Both the position numbers and the translations under genes were made by a program. The notes beneath the pieces are model-generated. The model was not told the DNA's origin. It did no database searches and was given only the letters and a program-made list of their open reading frames with translations. Of a stretch of DNA of 64,000 nt, positions 48,168 through 56,800 are shown one piece after another. Every line of letters begins with the position of its first letter. The first letter of the stretch is position 1. This stretch comes from an uncultured Oscillospiraceae bacterium (GTDB taxonomy: Bacteria > Bacillota > Clostridia > Oscillospirales > Oscillospiraceae), in the NCBI GenBank assembly GCA_964535405.1, contig CAZHUG010000004.1, forward strand, positions 7,392 through 71,391. Reading direction: 5' to 3'.

Positions 48168-48535
48168 TTCGTGCTGTTTTATTAAACTATCAGCGGCCTG
48201 ACCTTCTCCCTGGCGAATACCATGCCTATCTCACAGCATACGACCTGCCGGTACAGCAGATGAACATGGCAAAAGGAGAGCTTGTCGGTAAGGTTTCCTT
48301 TGCCAACGGTGAGGAAATCTCCTTCACGGACGCTGATGAGTATATCAAAGCGGTCAAGGAGGAACTTCCGTATCACAGCACCTCCGGCTTTCGTTATTAC
48401 ACGATTACGGATGACCCGAAGGTGCGCAAAGCAGTAGACGATCTGCTGTATGACCTGTACGGCGAGGAAAACCTCCGCCAGTTGGATGACTATGACAAGA
48501 TGCCCGCGCAGGGCATGACGATTGGAGGAATGTAA
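48164..48535 (+). CDS. Hypothetical ICE protein, C-terminal ..GMTIGGM tail
   Basis: ATGA overlap with the previous gene. Ends DKMPAQGMTIGGM. Confidence 0.55.
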   Translation: MIRAVLLNYQRPDLLPGEYHAYLTAYDLPVQQMNMAKGELVGKVSFANGEEISFTDADEYIKAVKEELPYHSTSGFRYYTITDDPKVRKAVDDLLYDLYGEENLRQLDDYDKMPAQGMTIGGM

Positions 48536-48536
48536 C

Positions 48537-49526
48537 ATGATGATCGACGCCAAGTGGCTGAGCGCACTGCGGGAGCAATACCCGGTCGGTTCCCGCATCC
48601 GGCTTACGGAAATGAAAGACCCCTATAGCCCGGTGGAGCCGGGAACCATGGGCACCCTTGTCCATATCGATGATATTGGCACCTTTCACATGAAATGGGA
48701 CAACGGCAGGTCGCTGGGCCTTGTGTTTGGTGAGGACAGATTCAGCGTCCTGCCGCCGGAGCCGGCCCTGCTCAAGCTATATATGCCCATGACGGTGGAT
48801 TGCTACGAACAGAGCGAATACGGTGACATGAATGATGAACCATACGAGATGAGCAGCTATGAGGCTGTGGGCTATGTGGATCACATCATCGCTGCGATGC
48901 AGAAGGAGCGCCATCCGGAGGAAGCGAACCGCGGCCTCATGATCTATTACAGAGAAAAGGACAGCGTCAATCAGAAGGTGCAGTCCTATACTTTCACTGC
49001 CGAGGTCAGAAACGGCAAGTTGTGGGGCGTTGCCGAATGCAAGATCACAGGCGAGCTCACACCGGAGGAGCTGGCCCTGCTCAAAGAAAACATCACCGGC
49101 CAGGCATCGGACGGTTTTGGAGAGGGCTTCGAGCAGCGGGGTATCAAGACCCCCGATGGATATGAGCTTTATGCCCATCTGTGGAACAGCAGGGAAAGCT
49201 GGTTCATCGAAACCGAGCAGGATCTGTTTCACCCCAAGCTGGCTGAAGGTTTGCCGGAAACCTGCTTCTCGGTCTTAATGCATACTGGCGAACTCATTGT
49301 CCTCAAGCGAGGCGAAAGCGGCTACTGGCGTTCCGATTGGGACACCGGAAACCATGAGAAAAACCGCCAGCTTGCGGACCAGCAGAACGAACGGTTGGGC
49401 GTCACCAAAGCCCAGGAGGAAGCTATGTCCTGCGGTAGTATGTTCGGTTGGGGTGTCCCCGGAGCTGATCCCAAAGCCTATGGGCAGGAGCAGGGGCCGC
49501 AGATGGGAGGGATGAAATTTGGATAA
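48537..49526 (+). CDS. Hypothetical ICE protein (N-terminal DUF4314-like segment), C-terminal QEQGPQMGGM tail
   Basis: Start at ATG 48537. LTEMKDPYSPVEPGTMGTLVHIDDIGTFHMKWDNGRSLGL. Confidence 0.55.
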   Translation: MMIDAKWLSALREQYPVGSRIRLTEMKDPYSPVEPGTMGTLVHIDDIGTFHMKWDNGRSLGLVFGEDRFSVLPPEPALLKLYMPMTVDCYEQSEYGDMNDEPYEMSSYEAVGYVDHIIAAMQKERHPEEANRGLMIYYREKDSVNQKVQSYTFTAEVRNGKLWGVAECKITGELTPEELALLKENITGQASDGFGEGFEQRGIKTPDGYELYAHLWNSRESWFIETEQDLFHPKLAEGLPETCFSVLMHTGELIVLKRGESGYWRSDWDTGNHEKNRQLADQQNERLGVTKAQEEAMSCGSMFGWGVPGADPKAYGQEQGPQMGGMKFG

Positions 49527-49602
49527 AGCGTTTGAATTGGAAATCAGCAATAGCTATTTGAAGAAAAGTGTGGCATTGTGTTGCGTAAAAGGAGGTGAGC
49601 AG

Positions 49603-49893
49603 GTGGACAAAGAGATCATGGAGCTACTGGAGCAGAGCATCGCGGAGCGGGCGCAAATCGCTTTCATGGAAATGCGCGAGGCCCATCCCCAGCTGGACGC
49701 ATTGGTCGAGGAACTGGTTGCGCTCAGTCAGGAGGTGGAAAACCACACCGGCATTGCTGCGAAAGATAAGGAGCTGGTGCAGCGCTATCTGTCCAGAGCA
49801 GCGGAGGTGGACAGCGAGTTTCAAAAACATCTGTACATTCAAGGCGCCAAAGACTGCGTAGCCCTACTTCGGGAGCTTGGCGTAATCAAGTAG
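49603..49893 (+). CDS. Small acidic helical hypothetical protein
   Basis: GTG 49603 lies 7 nt after AAAGGAGG. The track's TTG 49519 start has no SD. Confidence 0.45.
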   Translation: MDKEIMELLEQSIAERAQIAFMEMREAHPQLDALVEELVALSQEVENHTGIAAKDKELVQRYLSRAAEVDSEFQKHLYIQGAKDCVALLRELGVIK

Positions 49894-49979
49894 CACGGAC
49901 ACTTGCGTCCGTGCTTTTTTAGACCCAAATCGTATGAACAGGGCCGTTTTCCCTAAGAGGACTGCGGCCCTGTTTTTTT
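49892..49979 (+). terminator. Two tandem intrinsic terminators
   Basis: AGCACGGAC / GTCCGTGCT followed by TTTTTT, then ACAGGGCCG / CGGCCCTGT followed by TTTTTTT. Confidence 0.75.
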
Positions 49980-50022
49980 GCGCCTTTTTTCGGGAAAGCG
50001 CCCCGGAAAAAGGAGGTGTCCA

Positions 50023-50358
50023 ATGCTGGACAAACAGATTATCGCATATTTAAAAGAGTTTCATCAAGGTGAAGGTAAAGCTGCTATCAGCCGTGAGTTG
50101 GAGGCCGCATTCGATATCCGGGGCAGAGGGCTTCGTGAGATCGTAAACCGTCTACGTGCACAGGGCCTTCCCATCTGCAGCTCCGAGGCTGGCTATTATT
50201 ATGCCGCTGACATGCAGGAGCTTGACCATACTATCCGGCAGCTGAGCAGCCGTATTAAAAAAATTGCGGTAGCTCGGCATGGTCTTCTAAAAGCGCGTTC
50301 CCTTTACACGGACGACAGACAGATCAGTCTGCCGCTGGAGGGGGGTGATCATGATTGA
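50023..50358 (+). CDS. Winged-helix-like DNA-binding protein
   Basis: Start at ATG 50023 after AAAGGAGG. AISRELEAAFDIRGRGLREIVNRLRAQGLPICS. Confidence 0.45.
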   Translation: MLDKQIIAYLKEFHQGEGKAAISRELEAAFDIRGRGLREIVNRLRAQGLPICSSEAGYYYAADMQELDHTIRQLSSRIKKIAVARHGLLKARSLYTDDRQISLPLEGGDHD

Positions 50359-50366
50359 ATAGCTTT

Positions 50367-51188
50367 ATGTCCTGGATCGGTGGTAAAAAATCCCTGCGTG
50401 AGCTGATTGTCAGCCTATTCCCAATTTATTATGAACGGTACATTGAGGTGTTCGGGGGCGGCGGCTGGGTACTGTTTCATAAAAATCCCGGCAACGACTT
50501 CGAGGTCTACAACGATTTTAACCCGCTTCTCGCCAACCTCTATCGCTGTGTCAGGAACAAACCGGATGAGTTAATAGAATCGCTGCGCTTCGTGCTCAAC
50601 TCTCGGGAGGATTTTGAGATTGCCAGAGATGCCCTTGCCCGTGACAGCTCTGCCAGCGATGTGCAAAAGGCGGCATGGTTTTACCAGCTCATCCGGTACA
50701 GCTATGCCTCAGGGCTCACCAGCTATGGCAGCCAGCCCCACGATATGTGGTCAAACTTTCCCCTCATTGAGCAGGCCCATCGGCGGCTTGCCAAAGTGGT
50801 AATTGAAAACAAGGATTTTGAGAAGCTCATCCGGCAGTACGACCGTCCGGTGAGCTTTTTCTATCTCGATCCACCGTATTTTGAAACCGAGGGCTATTAC
50901 AAAAACGTGGGAGAGGACGGCTTTACGGAAAAAGATCACATCCGACTACGCGATGCCCTGATGAACATCGAGGGAAAATTCCTGCTCTCCTACAACGACT
51001 GCGCCTATATCCGGGATCTGTACGATGCGCCGGGCATTCAGATCGAAGCCTTTACACGGATAAATAATATCAAACAGCGGTATGACAATGGAGCGCAGTT
51101 TGCCGAGATTATCATAGCCAACTACGACATGCATGAGCGAAGCCTTGCCATGCCCGCACAGTTGAATTTATTCGATCCAGCGCTTTAA
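50367..51188 (+). CDS. Dam-family (D12 class) N6-adenine DNA methyltransferase, orphan
   Basis: MSWIGGKK, FGGGGWV and the DPPY motif (FYLDPPYF). No restriction endonuclease gene lies adjacent. Confidence 0.85.
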   Translation: MSWIGGKKSLRELIVSLFPIYYERYIEVFGGGGWVLFHKNPGNDFEVYNDFNPLLANLYRCVRNKPDELIESLRFVLNSREDFEIARDALARDSSASDVQKAAWFYQLIRYSYASGLTSYGSQPHDMWSNFPLIEQAHRRLAKVVIENKDFEKLIRQYDRPVSFFYLDPPYFETEGYYKNVGEDGFTEKDHIRLRDALMNIEGKFLLSYNDCAYIRDLYDAPGIQIEAFTRINNIKQRYDNGAQFAEIIIANYDMHERSLAMPAQLNLFDPAL

Positions 51189-51212
51189 TATTTTGAAGGA
51201 GGTACTAAAGTC

Positions 51213-51809
51213 ATGAAGAGTAAGAAAAAACGCCCCGATCTGGCACTTCCGAAAAATGCATGTGATGTCTGCGGATTCACCAGCAAGGATACGTTAGAGC
51301 TTCATGCGGCAGAAAACACCCTTATCATCCTAAAGGATAGGATGACCGCTATGGAATTGATCCGCGCCATAGAAGTGCTTAACGAAACAGCCTCAGAGTT
51401 GACGGTGGCTCTTGCCATGGCATGTGGAATCTGCAGCAACTGTGGAGATAAGAACCCCGAACCCTGCGAAAGCTGCGACGGGAGCAAGGTCTGCGCTTTT
51501 CTCAATGGCTGCAAAGACGGTCCCACCGAGTGGGTGGCAAACTGTTCCCTTTGCCAAGATCTTTTGGATGATAGTCAGGATGTCCGTATCCCCGACTATG
51601 TTCTGGAGGATGCGGGCATCCCCAAGGCTGCCAAACTGGAAGCCTATGCGGATGAGGATAGCGGCGAAATTACGGTGACAGAGGCCGAAGATCGTTGGGA
51701 TATTACCGATGTACCGCCCGGCCTCCTGATGGTACTGGCCCAATCAGGAGTCTGCCTTGCTGAGCTTGATGAGCTGATTATGTCGGAGGAAACCGTCTAT
51801 GGCAGATAA
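51213..51809 (+). CDS. Acidic cysteine-rich protein (Cys_rich_VLP-like)
   Basis: CDVCGF, CGICSNCGD..PEPCESCDGSKVC, CSLC. Confidence 0.45.
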   Translation: MKSKKKRPDLALPKNACDVCGFTSKDTLELHAAENTLIILKDRMTAMELIRAIEVLNETASELTVALAMACGICSNCGDKNPEPCESCDGSKVCAFLNGCKDGPTEWVANCSLCQDLLDDSQDVRIPDYVLEDAGIPKAAKLEAYADEDSGEITVTEAEDRWDITDVPPGLLMVLAQSGVCLAELDELIMSEETVYGR

Positions 51810-52545
51810 ATTTTCTTATCTCTATCCATATTCTCGCGAGGAAGCAAAGCGATTAAACGAGCTTTCCCTCTGGCGGGAAAGTCACAAAGAAAATGTAGCC
51901 TGTAAGAACGCCATTGAGGAAGCCATACGGCAGAGGTTTGACGGCATGCATTTAAATGCCGATTGTGCCGAGAGCGTTATTTCGCAGTATGGCTTTAAGC
52001 GGGTGCATTGGGTGCTGGCCAATACCGTCCAGCAGAAGGATTGGGACGGGCGTTTCTCCCAAGAAAACAAGGAGTGGTCAAAGCGCACCTACATCCCCTC
52101 CGACAAGGACAACTACCACAACCACAACCTATACTTTTTGGTAGACAGCCATCCCGCCGTGCTGGACGGCTTCATCAATCAATACCGCCGGGCATATCAG
52201 GCGCTGGGCCTCTTTGATCATACCCGTTGCGAACCGGATTCCAAGGATATGGACTATCAGGGAAGGATTCTTGTGCTCTCCCCGGATGTTCTCAAGGAGA
52301 GCTGCCTCACGCCCAAAGATCAGCTCTGGCTGTGTACCGGCGGCTTCGGCGCTCATGCCGGAGCCAGCGGGCGGGCTGTTTTTGCCACCAACCTTGCAGA
52401 CGGCGAAAAAACCCGCTGGAATAGAACGGACTTTGTAGGTGTTCTTCAGGAACAGCATCTGCCTGATTGGGCGAGGGAGAAGTTGCTGGAGCATCAGGAG
52501 CAGGAGCCAGTCGGCCCCGATATGGGAGGGATGGAAATGAGGTGA
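51799..52545 (+). CDS. Hypothetical ICE protein (DUF3849-like, tentative), C-terminal QEQEPVGPDMGGM tail
   Basis: YSREEAKRLNELSLWRESHKENVACKNAIE. Confidence 0.5.
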   Translation: MADKFSYLYPYSREEAKRLNELSLWRESHKENVACKNAIEEAIRQRFDGMHLNADCAESVISQYGFKRVHWVLANTVQQKDWDGRFSQENKEWSKRTYIPSDKDNYHNHNLYFLVDSHPAVLDGFINQYRRAYQALGLFDHTRCEPDSKDMDYQGRILVLSPDVLKESCLTPKDQLWLCTGGFGAHAGASGRAVFATNLADGEKTRWNRTDFVGVLQEQHLPDWAREKLLEHQEQEPVGPDMGGMEMR

Positions 52546-52558
52546 CGGAGGTGAAAAC

Positions 52559-53098
52559 ATGCCGGGAATTACGCTGCAAAACGGCCTGATTACCTACTAC
52601 GGAAATCCCGCGGGATATACAGAAACGAACAAGGCCGTGGTTGACCGCATCTTCCAAGGCGGTGAACTGACCACCTGGTTGGAAGGTCGGGGCTTTGTGC
52701 CGTACTGGACAGACGGTGTGATGGAGCGGCTGATCGCAGGTGAGCAATTAAGCGGCCCGAAAAACGCAACGCTTCTTAAAAACGTCCGCATTTGGCAGCT
52801 CCGGCCGGAGGTGGACGTGCGGCTGAAGTTTATCAGCTATCGGGATATGCTGCGGCAGTTCGGTAAATTTCGTCCGGAGAATTATCGCATTGCCTATGAC
52901 GGACAGCTCGATACCAATGACTTGGGAACCATCTATGCGCGGCTGAGCGTCCGGCAGCCTCCCGGCTTTTTCGGCCATCCCCTTGCCATGTCCGATGTCA
53001 TTGAGCTGTACGATGACAGCGGCAGTACGCTCTTTTATGTGGATCGCACGGAGTTTCAGCAGGTTACATCAGTACCAGAGGAATCGGAGCAACTCTAA
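52559..53098 (+). CDS. YodL-like domain protein
   Basis: VRIWQLRPEVDVRLKFISYRDM...GHPLAMSDVIELYD. Confidence 0.45.
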   Translation: MPGITLQNGLITYYGNPAGYTETNKAVVDRIFQGGELTTWLEGRGFVPYWTDGVMERLIAGEQLSGPKNATLLKNVRIWQLRPEVDVRLKFISYRDMLRQFGKFRPENYRIAYDGQLDTNDLGTIYARLSVRQPPGFFGHPLAMSDVIELYDDSGSTLFYVDRTEFQQVTSVPEESEQL

Positions 53099-53102
53099 AG
53101 GC

Positions 53103-53125
53103 AGACGGCGCAGGCCGTCTTTTTC
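53103..53125 (+). terminator. Intrinsic terminator
   Basis: AGACGGC gcag GCCGTCT followed by TTTT. Confidence 0.65.
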
Positions 53126-53158
53126 TATCCCTAATCAACTTAAAGTGGAGGTAAAAGA

Positions 53159-53419
53159 ATGAATATTCTGAAAAAAATCAAAGAAAAGGTTGCCTGCAAG
53201 GTAGCAAAGGCCACCCAAGGCGCTGCCTGTGCGCTTGCAAGATCCAAGGCCGTTCTGGCGGACAATTCCGGCGAGGGCTATGTGGACACTGCCGTAAAAA
53301 TCTTGATGGCGGTGGTCATCGGCGCCCTTGTGCTGGCGGGGCTCTATGCTCTGTTTGGGGAAACGGTCATGCCAACTCTGACCGAGCGTATCAAGGAGAT
53401 GTTCAGCTACGGCGGCTAA
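53159..53419 (+). CDS. Candidate Flp/Tad-type prepilin (class III signal peptide)
   Basis: A 37-aa basic leader ends ...DNSG, then EGYVDTAVKILMAVVIGALVLAGLYALF. The same GEGY(V/I)D motif occurs in the 62925 gene. Confidence 0.45.
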   Translation: MNILKKIKEKVACKVAKATQGAACALARSKAVLADNSGEGYVDTAVKILMAVVIGALVLAGLYALFGETVMPTLTERIKEMFSYGG

Positions 53420-53447
53420 GAAAGCCGCCCCTTTGAAAGGAGAGCAA

Positions 53448-53810
53448 ATGATGTCTAAAAACATGAAGGAAGCTACCCCTAAGTATGATGTGAAAATCCA
53501 CTCCATCCGCCCGGAGGGAACCCTTCGTGCCACCGCATCGGTGAATATCCATGGGGATTTTGCCGTCCGGGGCGTTAAGGTGATGGATGGCACAAAGGGC
53601 CTGTTTGTGTCCATGCCCAGCTATAAGGCGGGCAACGGTGAGTATAGGGATATCTGCTTCCCCTGCACCAAGGAAGCGAAAGCCGAGTTTGACAATGCCG
53701 TTATTTCTGCTTACCAGCAGACTCTGGCCCAGAGCCAGACGGCGGCAAAGTCACAGAAGGCTTCCACACCGGAGCAGGAGCAAAGTTCGCCCGTCATGGG
53801 CGGGATGTAG
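53448..53810 (+). CDS. SpoVG-family protein, C-terminal EQEQSSPVMGGM tail
   Basis: Start at ATG 53448. ATASVNIHGDFAVRGVKVMDGTKGLFVSMPSYKAGNGEYRDICFP parallels the SpoVG core. Confidence 0.7.
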   Translation: MMSKNMKEATPKYDVKIHSIRPEGTLRATASVNIHGDFAVRGVKVMDGTKGLFVSMPSYKAGNGEYRDICFPCTKEAKAEFDNAVISAYQQTLAQSQTAAKSQKASTPEQEQSSPVMGGM

Positions 53811-53820
53811 GAGGTAAGCT

Positions 53821-56800
53821 ATGAATATAAAAATGAAAAGGCCGCTCGGAATTCTCCTTGTGGTCTGCATGGCGGTATCCCTGATTGCGGGAAGCGCCTA
53901 TGCGGTCAACCGGCATTTTGAAGATGCCAAAGGCCATTGGGCGGAGGAAGCCATTCAGGCCCTTGCGGAAAAGGGCGTGATTCACGGCTATCCCGACGGT
54001 CTGGTACATCCTGACGAGATCATTACAAGGGCTGAATTTGCCGCGCTTGTGGCCCGCACCTTGGAGCTGCCTGAGCCGGCCGAGGGGGACACCCCCTTCC
54101 TTTTCCCCGACCTTTCCGGCCATTGGGCAGAGGGCAATGTGGAGACACTGATTGCGGTGGGCATCATCCAACAGAAGGATTTCGGGGAAAGCTTCCTGCC
54201 CGATCAGCCCATCACACGCATGGAGATAATCCGCATGCTGGTGCGCGCCATCGGCAAAGCTGACCACGATCCTTCCTGCCCTTGCAACATCGGATTTTCA
54301 GATGATGGCGGGCTCAGTGATGGAGATAAAGCCTGCATCTGTACCGGGAAAGAGTATGGCATTGTGGACGGCTATCCGGACGGTACGGTGCAGCCCAGCG
54401 GCAATGCCACCCGCGCGGAAGCCTTTGAAATGCTTGTGGACACAGAGAAAGCAAAGGAGCAAGTTAAACAGGAGGATAAGGACAGGACGGAGGATCAGCC
54501 TTCAGATTCCGGCAGCGGATCGTCCTATGCGCCCGCACCGCAGTTTAGATTTACTCTGCCGGAAGCCATCTATGCGGGGGATGAAATCAACATTCAAGCG
54601 GAAAGGAAGCACGTTGCCGGCGTAACCTGGACAGTTTTGAAAAATGGTCTTCCCGCTGCTTTGTCCGATGTCTTAGAGGGCGAGCTTACGGCGAAGGGCG
54701 GCACAATCAGGTTTAAGGATACCGGAAGCTTCACCCTGATTGCCACTGCAAAAAACAGTCGTGGCAGAACGGCGACCTGTGAGCAGACCCTATCCGTTTA
54801 CCCTGTAATCACCGCGGCATTCACGCTGCCTGAAATAGCCCACACCGACACCTCTGTACCGGTAGAGCTCGCCGCCGAACACCTTGGAGCCAATCAGGTG
54901 GTGTGGAGCCTTACCAGAGACGGCAAGGCGGTTACGCTGCCAGATGCGATGGATGGTGAGTTGGACCAGTCAGGCGGCACGGTGCTTTTCAGAGAAAAAG
55001 GCTCATACACCCTAACCGCATCCATCACCGATGAGTGCGATAAAACCATCGCCGCCAGCAGTTCTGTCACCGTTTTCCCTGTGGCCGAGGTGAAGATAAC
55101 CCTGCCCGCCACGAGCCATACGGATAAGACGGTTGAGCTAAGTACAGAGATAAAAGAAGCAGACGGCCTCACAGTAGCCTATACACTGATCCGAAACGGC
55201 GATGCTGTGGAGATCAGCGAATTTATTGAGGGAGAACCGGCTGGCGGCAGTATCCGCTTTAAGGAAAAGGGCGTGTACACCCTGACTGCCTCTATCACAG
55301 ACCCGACCGGGCGAGTGTTTACGGATACCGCCAATATTACCGTTTACCCCCTTGGTTCGGCCGGCTTCTATCTGCCCGAAATCTTTCACACCGACCATAC
55401 GATCACCGTAGAGGCCACCTTCGGGGAGATCGGCAGCCGTACCGCCCAATGGTCTCTGACCCGTGACGGCGAGACAATGCCGCTGACGGTCGCTGCCGAG
55501 GGCACGCTGAATAATAGCGGCGGCCAGCTGAGATTCCATTCCAAGGGCAACTATGTCCTAAAAGCCGAGTTCACGGACGACGGCGGCAGAACCTACCGCT
55601 ACGAGCAGGGCTTCACGGTCTATCCCGTGCCTGTGGTCAGCTATAGCTTGCCAGAACACGCTCACACCGATAGCGACATTTCAGTCCAAACCGAAACCAC
55701 TGATCTGGAAGGACTTAAGGTGGAGTGGCTGGTGGACAATACCTATGGCTTTCAGGATTTTGCCACCTATGTGGAGGGTAGCCTGACCAATGACGGTGGC
55801 ATGATCCGATTTAAAAGGGCGGGGATTTACGAGCTGGTGGCACGCGTCACCGATGGAACCGGGCGCGTGTTTTTGTTTGAGCCCGGCGACAGGTGCGAGG
55901 TGCTCCCCGTGCTGACCATCGGGTTTGAGCTTCCTGAGCTGGCCTATACCGATACCGTCATTGATCTGCGCAGCCACGGCAACAACAATGTTCTGCCTGT
56001 GGAGTGGACGGTAACCCGTGATGGTAAGAGTATTCCATTAACGGAAGCCTTTTCTGGTACTCTGAATACTCAGGGCGGCAAGATCACTTTCTCTGCCGAG
56101 GGCAACTATGTTCTCACCGCAACTATGACCGACTACCTGAAGCGCAGCTATTCTCACAGTGAAAACATCCGCATCCTGCCGGTGGTGCAGTACACCTTCA
56201 CCATGCCGCAGACGGTTCACTACGGCACGGAGCTTGAGGTTGCCGCAACGGATGTTCAGCACCTCAGCAGTTATACTGTGGTCTGGTCACTTGAAAGGAA
56301 TGGTGAAGTGGCAGATTATGATGGGACACTGGACGCAAACGGCGGCAAAATTGCCATCCGGGATACCGGCACATTCGTTCTGACCGCTTCCATTACTGAC
56401 AGTGCAGGCCGTGTGGCCAGCCATTCGGAAACCATCACTGTTACCAACACCGCGCCGGACGCACCTACGCTAATTGTCGAGCCAACCCGTGACACGAAAG
56501 ACGGCAAATTCCTTGTAAACTTCTCCTCCAGCGCAACCGACCCTGACGGAGATAAAATCACCTTGGAGTGGGACGGCACGACAGCAGACAGCTACTATAC
56601 TGTTGGCACCCACATCATTAGGGTGCGCGCAAAGGACGTTGCCGGTGCCTATTCACAGTGGACGGAAAAATCCTTTACCATAGTAAATAGCGCACCCACC
56701 GTTACCCTGACCGCAGAGCCGACCCGAATGGTGCAAGGCGATAAATTCCTTGTGAATATCAATGCTGAAGCATCCGACGCAGACGGTGATCAAACGACAC

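Noticed and set aside
48512-53810. Idea that the MGGM tails are a by-product of Shine-Dalgarno sequences (ATGGGAGG) for the downstream genes
   Set aside because: This applies to only one case (48522-48532). The tail at 52545 is followed by a separate GGAGG. The SpoVG tail uses GGC GGG and also has a separate AGGAGG. The preceding QEQ..P context is conserved at protein level.
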